Of a stretch of 64,000 nt of DNA, positions 57,145-64,000 are shown piece after piece. Source of the stretch: an uncultured Pseudomonadales bacterium (lineage in GTDB: Bacteria; Patescibacteriota; Microgenomatia; UBA1400; MFAQ01). Within the stretch, counting starts at the first letter, position 1. The number at the start of each line of letters is the position of its first letter. The translations under genes were made by a program, and so were the position numbers. The notes under the pieces are model-generated. The model was given only the letters and a program-made list of their open reading frames with translations, was not told where the DNA came from and searched no databases. The stretch lies in the NCBI GenBank assembly GCA_964439805.1, contig CAYTOI010000001.1, forward strand, positions 3,573 through 67,572. The letters run 5' to 3'.

Positions 57145-57891
57145 ATGATGGAAAACAACAATCAACTAAACAACTCGACAAATCTAAACACCGTTCAAAC
57201 AACACCTCTTGTCCAAACTCCAACACCGTCCAACTTGCCAAAGTATTTTATATTTGCAATATTGGGACTAGTGGTATTAAGTGGCACCGCTTTTGCAGGA
57301 TTTCAATTAGGAAAAAATCAAAAAGAAGAACAACTACCCATTGCAATACAACCAACAACAGCACCAACTCAAGCAGTTACCAATCCAACAATTCAACCTA
57401 CAAAAATCCCCACCATTAGTCTGTCGACTTCACCAACAATGTCTTTGTCAAAAACAGAATCTAATAATTGGAGAACTTATACTAGTAAAAATTATTCATT
57501 CCAATATCCAAATAGCTGGGCAGATGTAACTGAAAATATTTTATCTACAAGAACTGAAGTAGTAAGTGAAGGAAATATGGTTGTGAGCGATGGGGAATAT
57601 TACAATCAAAAACTCGGAAGATCCCAAACATATCAGGAGTATACAAACCAAGTCGTTCCCAAATCTATCAGTACAACTCCATTCAACTTAGGCAATCTAA
57701 ACGGCATACGGTACACAGACAAAGATAATTCTGGCAGGTCAATGGTAAATATTATTCTTTCGGATAAACCCACTAGTACCAAGATTTTTTCAATTATATA
57801 TATGAGTCCTGTATCTGATTTAGAAACAATTAATACTATTCTTAATCCGATTCTCTCCACCTTCAAATTCACTAGCAATGAAACTTATTAA
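57145..57891 (+). CDS. secreted/anchored hypothetical protein (family with 61671 and 62684 ORFs)
   Basis: 248 aa; signal-anchor FAILGLVVLSGTAFAGFQLGKNQ, Pro/Thr-rich linker, unique C-terminal domain. Confidence 0.4.
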   Translation: MMENNNQLNNSTNLNTVQTTPLVQTPTPSNLPKYFIFAILGLVVLSGTAFAGFQLGKNQKEEQLPIAIQPTTAPTQAVTNPTIQPTKIPTISLSTSPTMSLSKTESNNWRTYTSKNYSFQYPNSWADVTENILSTRTEVVSEGNMVVSDGEYYNQKLGRSQTYQEYTNQVVPKSISTTPFNLGNLNGIRYTDKDNSGRSMVNIILSDKPTSTKIFSIIYMSPVSDLETINTILNPILSTFKFTSNETY

Positions 57892-58084
57892 GTTAACGTT
57901 TCTGCTTCTTTTTATCATTATTCTATGGATGAACCTTACCTCAGGACATTTTTATAAATCATGCTGCAACGTTAATTATGGAAAAAATCAAAGAGAAGAA
58001 ATTGCCTGCATAACCGAAACCTGCAAACTGTCAATAATTAATTTAGCCAAATTAATTCTTGCAAACATTGATTTCAAAAAATAA
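57878..58084 (+). CDS. small Cys-containing secreted peptide (hypothetical)
   Basis: 68 aa; N-terminal signal-like hydrophobic stretch; 4 Cys. Confidence 0.25.
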   Translation: MKLIKLTFLLLFIIILWMNLTSGHFYKSCCNVNYGKNQREEIACITETCKLSIINLAKLILANIDFKK

Positions 58085-58105
58085 ATTCAACTAGTGATTT
58101 GATAC

Positions 58106-58534
58106 TTAATTTTTCGTCACACATTTACTCTTCTCACATAAACATTTTACATTTTGTCTAGCAGGAACCTCGCCATTTCTTAATCCAATAGCGTCATTCT
58201 CTTTTTGAATTTTTGCTACATATTCTGACGTGTGACATTCTCCAGTAAACCAAACATAGTTACAATCCTCACTTTGGTTACAGGAGTCGACTGATGTTTT
58301 ATCATCAATCAAAGTTTGGACAGTTCTCGAGTTGGATTGTGTAATATTTTTAGCCGAAAATATGAGCTGAATAATTAGTGGTCTGTTCCAACCAATATCC
58401 CCTTCCTTTGGACAAGCACGAGCTGGTTTACCAGGAGGAGTTTCGCAAAATATTCTGCCATATCGAAACGGCACAGGGGTAATTAGGACAATAACTAATA
58501 TAAAAATTACCAACCAAACTATTTTCTTAAACAT
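58106..58534 (-). CDS. Cys-rich secreted hypothetical protein
   Basis: 142 aa; N-terminal TM/signal, 8 Cys. Confidence 0.35.
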   Translation of the reverse strand: MFKKIVWLVIFILVIVLITPVPFRYGRIFCETPPGKPARACPKEGDIGWNRPLIIQLIFSAKNITQSNSRTVQTLIDDKTSVDSCNQSEDCNYVWFTGECHTSEYVAKIQKENDAIGLRNGEVPARQNVKCLCEKSKCVTKN

Positions 58535-58570
58535 CTATATTTAAGAATAACATTAAACTCATTACTAAAC

Positions 58571-58601
58571 AAAAAAACTCGCCCTACCCATGCAGGACGA
58601 G
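58571..58601 (-). terminator. intrinsic terminator after 58623..59108 gene
   Basis: Minus strand CTCGTCCT-GCATGGGT-AGGGCGAG followed by TTTTTTTG. Confidence 0.5.
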
Positions 58602-58622
58602 TTAATCAATTAAGACTACTAT

Positions 58623-59108
58623 CTAGTTAACTATTGTTGGCATCAAGTTTGTAAAGTAAGCCATGGGAGAAAAATAATTTGCAGCGTCAGATATATTCAT
58701 CATTAGCATTCCACTGCCTGTACTTGTACTGCTGGCGGTAAGGTTAAATTTGGCCACTGATGCTGTACCATTCTTCAAAGAACCTGACCATGTGTAAGTT
58801 GCGCCTTCAGGAGTTACCACGGGTGCACTCAAAGATCCATTTGTAACACTAATTTTTGTAGAGCCAGAAATCGTATTACTTGGAAAATAGATCAATCTTC
58901 TAAAAGACAACACCACAGGATTGTAATAGGCTTGCGTGTTAACTATTCCTATAGACTGAACAAACGATTGACCTTGATAAATATTTGCTGGAGCCACAGC
59001 TGCGACACGAAGTGGAATAGTAGCAGCACTCACACTACTTGCAGACACAAATAACACCGCAAACACCATCGCCACAAAACCAAAAAGTTTTGAAAATAAA
59101 TTTTTCAT
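58623..59108 (-). CDS. secreted hypothetical protein
   Basis: 161 aa; signal peptide ending SVSA-A; Ser/Thr-rich. Confidence 0.4.
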   Translation of the reverse strand: MKNLFSKLFGFVAMVFAVLFVSASSVSAATIPLRVAAVAPANIYQGQSFVQSIGIVNTQAYYNPVVLSFRRLIYFPSNTISGSTKISVTNGSLSAPVVTPEGATYTWSGSLKNGTASVAKFNLTASSTSTGSGMLMMNISDAANYFSPMAYFTNLMPTIVN

Positions 59109-59296
59109 AAAGATTCTTATTTCTAATAATAATAATAAGATATTACTATTTGAACATTAAGATTTGATTAAAAAGGCAAAAACTATACAGACTCTCTAAC
59201 GTTTTGGGATGTAAACAAAAAAGATGACAATAAATTCATAGGTCAAATCATCTCCGCCTTCAAATTTACAAACTTGTAATCAGAAACCTATTTTAT

Positions 59297-59602
59297 TTAT
59301 ACTACTCCGTTAAAAAGCAAAACCAAAATTACAAAAGTTATTGCTGCAAAAACTCCCACAGTTTTTGCAAACAGATTCAAGGCTTCTTTCTTTTTCCCAT
59401 CAATTAAGAGTAGTAGTGGTTGGTAAAAAAACAAAAACGCCATAACCGCAACCGAGAGTGTTAAGACAAATAACATCGTGATTGGTGCAAAAAAAGTATC
59501 AGGAGTATTTCTTAAGGGTTGTGTAACATACGTCATAACCGAAACAATCAAAATTATGTACGCAGCAGCTCCAACAGCATTTACAACCGGATTCTTGTTC
59601 AT
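59297..59602 (-). CDS. small hypothetical membrane protein
   Basis: 101 aa, 3 TM. Confidence 0.3.
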   Translation of the reverse strand: MNKNPVVNAVGAAAYIILIVSVMTYVTQPLRNTPDTFFAPITMLFVLTLSVAVMAFLFFYQPLLLLIDGKKKEALNLFAKTVGVFAAITFVILVLLFNGVV

Positions 59603-59644
59603 AAGACAATTATAGTCTTGTTCTGGTTAACATATAATAATTTC

Positions 59645-60091
59645 ATGAGACCTATTGTTTTGTCTGGTACTTGGATAGTTAACGCGCCACTTCAAAAGAT
59701 CTATAAAATAATTACCGACTTCGAAAATGCTCCCAAGTATTTCCCCCTTGTTGCCCATTCTTTAAAAATAGTAAACAAACAAGGAAACTTTTTAGCCGTC
59801 AACGCGGTATCAAAAACTTTTGGTATCCCCTTCTCAGTTCGCATGGAAACCGAACTCATTCCCAATAAAGGATTCAATTCCACAAACACATCTTCACTTG
59901 CCGTTGAAAAGGAAAGTTTTTTGCTTGAAGAAACTTCTACTGGAACCAAAATTAATTATCGCAACGAAGTTCAAATAAAAAACAATTTTCTACAATTATT
60001 TGCAAGAATTATCATCGGCAAACCCGCTCTCCTCTTCTGGAAACATGCCTATATCGACAAACTTGAAAAACTGGCAGCTAGCCAGGTATAA
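59645..60091 (+). CDS. SRPBCC (START/polyketide-cyclase-like) family protein
   Basis: 148 aa from internal Met MRPIVLSGTW; beta-grip fold pattern with C-terminal long helix. Confidence 0.5.
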   Translation: MRPIVLSGTWIVNAPLQKIYKIITDFENAPKYFPLVAHSLKIVNKQGNFLAVNAVSKTFGIPFSVRMETELIPNKGFNSTNTSSLAVEKESFLLEETSTGTKINYRNEVQIKNNFLQLFARIIIGKPALLFWKHAYIDKLEKLAASQV

Positions 60092-60122
60092 GCAGCTTGT
60101 TTCAAAATACAAATTATCAGTT

Positions 60123-60857
60123 TTACTTACTAGCAACAACCTCTATCAAGCCACTTTCTTTTGAAGACATTTCTCTTCGCATAAAATCCTTGTAAAGTTT
60201 TTCTTTATACTCAGTAATATTATCAATGTGTAATCCAGCTCTGGTTAAATGTTCTGATATGGTATCGGGCGTGTGGTAATATCTAAAACCATTTCCAACA
60301 ACAAGGCCTTCTGAGTTTTTATATATAACTTTGGTGAATTTTGTTTCAGGATCATATAAGCTGTTTGAATTATCAGAATCCAGTTTCTTTAGAGATCCAA
60401 CAACAACTACAAAAATTCTCCCTTCAGGCTTCAAAGATTTATAAAATCTAGCCAAAACCTTATCCAAATCTTGAGCTGATAGGTAATGTAAAACTAACCT
60501 AGCATAAATAAAATCAAAATAATTATCTGGATAATTCCAACCACTTCGAAGATCTTCGTCACGAATTTCAATTTGATCACCTAAATCAGTTTTACTAATA
60601 GTATCTTTAGCAAAAACAAGACCTTCTTTGTCAATAGTAGTAGCTATTATCTTCCTATTTTTATTTTGCTTTGCCATTCTTATCTCAGCAAATCCTCCAG
60701 TGCTTACTCCAGGACTAAATACCATCAAGTCCTCATTCTTTATTTGTGACAATCCACGTTCTTCACTAATTGATGGTTTGGACCCCAACTCTTCAAGCAT
60801 TTCTATGTTCATATATACAAGAATTTTACCAGCATACGTATTTTTATAATAAAACAA
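60123..60857 (-). CDS. class I SAM-dependent methyltransferase
   Basis: 244 aa; motif I VFSPGVSTGGFA, post-I acidic, LKPEGRIFVVV. Confidence 0.65.
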   Translation of the reverse strand: MFYYKNTYAGKILVYMNIEMLEELGSKPSISEERGLSQIKNEDLMVFSPGVSTGGFAEIRMAKQNKNRKIIATTIDKEGLVFAKDTISKTDLGDQIEIRDEDLRSGWNYPDNYFDFIYARLVLHYLSAQDLDKVLARFYKSLKPEGRIFVVVVGSLKKLDSDNSNSLYDPETKFTKVIYKNSEGLVVGNGFRYYHTPDTISEHLTRAGLHIDNITEYKEKLYKDFMRREMSSKESGLIEVVASK

Positions 60858-60904
60858 GACAAACTCTATCTGCCACTCAACGAAATAATTTTGAACTTAC
60901 CTAG

Positions 60905-61153
60905 TTACTTCGCATAACTCTCTAAAAAGCCACAGGAAATACACCTAAAAGTCACAACATCTTTCGTTAAAGAAGGACTCCATCTAAATTGAATTCTTTT
61001 TATTACTTTAGTCCACTTCTGAATTGTCTCAGTTTCAAACATACCCAAATTAGGAACAACTCCCTTTTCCATATCTCCTCCACACTTTGGACATTTTATT
61101 TTTTCTTCCATAAACAATTCTACCAAAACTAAGCTTTTAAACCATTTGAACAA
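60905..61153 (-). CDS. zinc-ribbon hypothetical protein
   Basis: 82 aa; CPKCG ... CISCG. Confidence 0.4.
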   Translation of the reverse strand: MFKWFKSLVLVELFMEEKIKCPKCGGDMEKGVVPNLGMFETETIQKWTKVIKRIQFRWSPSLTKDVVTFRCISCGFLESYAK

Positions 61154-61186
61154 AACCCATTCTAAAGTTTTGCCGCTCGAAACAAA

Positions 61187-61600
61187 TTATCTTTTTTTGG
61201 AGATACTATAACCACCAATCAGTGCACCAACAATATTAACCACGAGAGTTAGTTTATAAAAACCTGACATGAATACAACCAACAAAAAAGAGGCAACTAT
61301 TCCCTGGACAAACCCATTTAAAATAGCCAACTTCTCCATTCCGCCTAGAGTTACCCTTGATACAAAAAAAGGTATTAAAAACAAGACGAGCATGGAACTA
61401 CTTAATGTAATTAGGTTTGATGGTAAACCTTTAACCAAATATCCAACAACAAGATCCATTACAAAAATCAATACGCCACCAGAAAGTATGTTCTTTATAG
61501 AAAGTTTAGACATAATATATACATTGTAACTTAACCCACAAATAAATGATTTAAAAATGGAATTAACCAATGTCACACTCCAAATCCACATCTCCAACAT
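61187..61600 (-). CDS. hypothetical membrane protein
   Basis: 137 aa; 4 TM. Confidence 0.35.
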   Translation of the reverse strand: MLEMWIWSVTLVNSIFKSFICGLSYNVYIMSKLSIKNILSGGVLIFVMDLVVGYLVKGLPSNLITLSSSMLVLFLIPFFVSRVTLGGMEKLAILNGFVQGIVASFLLVVFMSGFYKLTLVVNIVGALIGGYSISKKR

Positions 61601-61670
61601 ACCTTAATGCCTCACACAAAAAAATAGAATAATTTTCAAATCGTACAATTCATGATGATAAACTAAACAT

Positions 61671-62081
61671 ATGGATAATTCTGTACAACAAAGCGCTCCT
61701 TCAATCCAGCCACCACCTCAACCCCAAATTATTACCACGGCTCCACAATCAACCAATTGGGTAAAAATTCTGTTGTTTGCAATATTAAGTTTGATAACCG
61801 TGACAGTCTCCGTATATGCTGGTATTCAAATTGGTAAAAATCAATCAATTAGCCAACAACCAGTTATTGCCCAGCCAACACCTCTGTCAACCCAAACAAT
61901 AACCCCCTCATATACCTCCCCAACTCAAACATCCACAACTCCAACAACAAAAGTTAATTGTGTCTCAAATGAAGACACGACCACTGACCCTTCTCGTTGC
62001 TGTTCAGGTGATTTTGTTCCATTGTCTGATCCAAATAAATTTTTATGTCTTCCTAAAACACCCAATGGGGTGCTTTATTGA
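61671..62081 (+). CDS. secreted/anchored hypothetical protein, paralog of 62684 ORF
   Basis: 136 aa; signal-anchor + PT-rich linker; 5' ~180 nt nearly identical to 62768-62947. Confidence 0.45.
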   Translation: MDNSVQQSAPSIQPPPQPQIITTAPQSTNWVKILLFAILSLITVTVSVYAGIQIGKNQSISQQPVIAQPTPLSTQTITPSYTSPTQTSTTPTTKVNCVSNEDTTTDPSRCCSGDFVPLSDPNKFLCLPKTPNGVLY

Positions 62082-62115
62082 GAATTACTAAGGATTATAC
62101 CCAATTCCTCCCAGT

Positions 62116-62550
62116 TTAATTAGCACTAAACTGGCCTACCATCCCATAAACAGCAGCAGCCATTACAGCAAACATACATATTGCAGCAATTTTAGATTTG
62201 TCTGTATTAAGCCACGGTCTCAAATCTTTTACATGTACCATCTCACCCTGTTTATATTCTCTCAGCTTCACCACTAGTGAACTATAGTCACTATTTACAT
62301 TCAACATGTTTGCACCATAAACAATCGCCACCAAAAACACCAACATTTCCAACCAAACTCCACCATTAATCGTCTGTTGAGACATGTCTACAAAGGCACC
62401 AACTCCAAACTGAATTAACAAAAAAATTACAGGTAAAATTAACAAAACCCAACCAGCATTTCTTTGTTGTGCTTTTACATACTCAACAACATCTTCTCTC
62501 TTCACATACAAAATACCAGGACCGTACCCACCACCATAATAATTTGCCAT
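62116..62550 (-). CDS. hypothetical membrane protein
   Basis: 144 aa; Gly/Tyr-rich N-terminus, 3-4 TM. Confidence 0.35.
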   Translation of the reverse strand: MANYYGGGYGPGILYVKREDVVEYVKAQQRNAGWVLLILPVIFLLIQFGVGAFVDMSQQTINGGVWLEMLVFLVAIVYGANMLNVNSDYSSLVVKLREYKQGEMVHVKDLRPWLNTDKSKIAAICMFAVMAAAVYGMVGQFSAN

Positions 62551-62683
62551 CTTTTCGCTAAATCGTAATATCTATTTTTAACACATCCATACTGCAATTT
62601 CACTTTTCTAAAAACATAGATCTCCACGTTCACTGTACGATTCAATTTATGAACCATTCTTTACAAAATGATAGACTGAATAC

Positions 62684-63466
62684 ATGGGAAACGAAACAGA
62701 ATTAACCACTCAAACAGTCCAACCTTTACCCCAAACTCACGTAACAGCACCAACCCCACCATCAACCAAATGGGTAAAAATTCTGTTGTTTGCAATATTA
62801 AGTTTGATAACCGTGACAGTCTCCGTATATGCTGGTATTCAAATTGGTAAAAATCAATCAGTCAGTCAACAATCTGTAATTGTCCAGCCAACACCTCTGC
62901 CAACACAAACAATAACCCCCTCATACACCTCCCCAACTCAAACAATATCACCAAAAGAACCAACTCCTATTGTTACTGAAACAGTTGAACCAACATCCAT
63001 AGCAAAAATAAAAATTAGTCCACTTAATACAAATGACTGGAAACAGGTCCAAAACAATGGTGTGTTTTTCAAAATACCATCAAACGCTTCATGTAATAGT
63101 GTGACAGAGTGCACAGAAGTGACATACCCAAATGTTTACCAGGGAAAGACATTATCCATGCCAGCCAGAATTCTTGTTAATGTTACTGACTATCTTGGCG
63201 GATCAAGAAGGGCTCAATATCTGACAAAATATAAAGGAATCGAAGATTGCAAACCAATTTATGTAGAAACATTATTTGGCTCAATCAATGCTTTGCAAAT
63301 TGCAGTAGATGGCGGTTGGTGTCAGGGTGGATATGATGGTGGCATCGTAGCTGTAATCGGAAAAAAGTTTGTAGTCGTTGGACCCGGGCTTAATTATAAT
63401 GAAAACAAGGAAATAAGTCGCTGGAACGAAAGAGACACCCTCATATCGACATTGTCCTCAAAATAA
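62684..63466 (+). CDS. secreted/anchored hypothetical protein, paralog of 61671 ORF with larger Cys-containing C-terminal domain
   Basis: 260 aa; shares signal-anchor and PT linker, then unique 170-aa domain. Confidence 0.45.
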   Translation: MGNETELTTQTVQPLPQTHVTAPTPPSTKWVKILLFAILSLITVTVSVYAGIQIGKNQSVSQQSVIVQPTPLPTQTITPSYTSPTQTISPKEPTPIVTETVEPTSIAKIKISPLNTNDWKQVQNNGVFFKIPSNASCNSVTECTEVTYPNVYQGKTLSMPARILVNVTDYLGGSRRAQYLTKYKGIEDCKPIYVETLFGSINALQIAVDGGWCQGGYDGGIVAVIGKKFVVVGPGLNYNENKEISRWNERDTLISTLSSK

Positions 63467-63488
63467 ATTAGTATCAATCACCCCAAGT

Positions 63489-63989
63489 TTATTCGCCGGC
63501 CTTTCTTATAGCTTCTAGATCAAGTTTTTTCATTGGCATGAACACTTTTGTTACAGCCTCTGATTTTTCAGGATCTCTCATCAACTCATCCAAAATTCTT
63601 GGAACTACTTGCCATGTTACCCCAAACTTATCGGTGCACCACCCACACTGGCCAGCATCAGGATCAGCTGAAAGTTTTTCCCAAAAATAGTCAATTTCCT
63701 CTTGAGTCTCGCACTCAATAATATATGAGGTTGACCCATTAAGTTTAAACTGATCAACTGGACCACCATTAAGAAACATAAAACTAACTCCATCAAGTTC
63801 ACACTCTAAAGTCATAACAGAACCTTCTGGTCTACCTGAAATTTCTTCGGATGCTTTTGGAGATTTAGTAAGATCTCCAGTTTTTGCTTCGTGACTTCCT
63901 GGAGCCGATTTAAAGGTGTCAACATAATACTTAACTGCCTCTTCCCCATCATTATTAGAAAACCAAATGCATGTAATAAGTTTACTCAT
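63489..63989 (-). CDS. VOC-family protein (PhnB-like, glyoxalase fold)
   Basis: 166 aa; CGWCTDKFGVTWQV motif typical of PhnB/3-demethylubiquinone-methyltransferase-like proteins. Confidence 0.65.
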   Translation of the reverse strand: MSKLITCIWFSNNDGEEAVKYYVDTFKSAPGSHEAKTGDLTKSPKASEEISGRPEGSVMTLECELDGVSFMFLNGGPVDQFKLNGSTSYIIECETQEEIDYFWEKLSADPDAGQCGWCTDKFGVTWQVVPRILDELMRDPEKSEAVTKVFMPMKKLDLEAIRKAGE

Positions 63990-64000
63990 TATATTTATTC

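Noticed and set aside
504-62000. Numerous 60-120-aa ORFs in the track lying antisense or out of frame within longer genes
   Set aside because: Examples are 504..773, 2437..2769, 3350..3717, 5778..6344, 18381..18956, 22232..22774, 28038..28503, 36640..37092, 44078..44715 and 48340..50973. They are embedded in well-supported longer CDSs on the other strand or frame. They have low-complexity or AT-skewed composition and no motifs, so they are treated as shadow ORFs.

Overview
This is an AT-rich bacterial chromosome segment from what looks like a small-genome, monoderm-like organism, possibly CPR/Patescibacteria-like (inference from gene content only). Three things stand out.

(1) 47.0–51.7 kb is a visibly GC-richer, self-contained island with its own consensus TTGACA-16-TATAAT promoter and a GC-rich terminator. 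It encodes a vWA (TerY-like) protein, a PP2C phosphatase and a Ser/Thr-kinase-like protein with a Zn ribbon, plus an embedded isochorismatase/nicotinamidase-like hydrolase. This is a TerY-P-like triad variant and a candidate defence/signalling system.

(2) An 8-bp tandem repeat, (AACTCAAG)n, has spread through the region. It sits in frame inside at least nine coding sequences (fpg, the 5'-3' exonuclease, ccdA, sufU, sufS, sufD-like, the sufC start and others) and in several 5' regions. It always encodes an NSRTQELK-type peptide. It is always oriented so that the stop-containing strand is never the sense strand.

(3) A ~2-kb islet of two unknown genes (25.75–27.76 kb) is inserted at the 3' end of the aldolase gene. 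It is bracketed by a ~36-bp imperfect direct repeat that duplicates the aldolase C-terminal codons (attL/attR-like).

Other items are a probable tRNA-Ile with the rare TAT anticodon, a GC-rich tRNA-like element of unknown nature, and a family of secreted proteins sharing an identical ~90-nt 5' gene segment.

The remaining content is ordinary:
- A long minus-strand housekeeping operon: trpS, a tRNA-binding protein, ftsH, a 5'-3' exonuclease, a GT4 glycosyltransferase, fpg and recF.
- Two tRNAs flanking an ftsB-like gene and a Xer-type tyrosine recombinase, next to a VirD4/VirB4-like ATPase.
- nrdR–nrdJ (class II ribonucleotide reductase).
- Two class-A PBPs flanking a GH18 hydrolase.
- A non-oxidative pentose-phosphate cluster (rpiB, rpe, split transketolase, archaeal-type class I aldolase, pfkB kinase).
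- A complete suf Fe-S operon with a thiol-disulfide module.
- Transporters and many small secreted or membrane hypotheticals.

The plus-strand short ORFs that lie inside minus-strand genes in the ORF track are treated as shadow ORFs.
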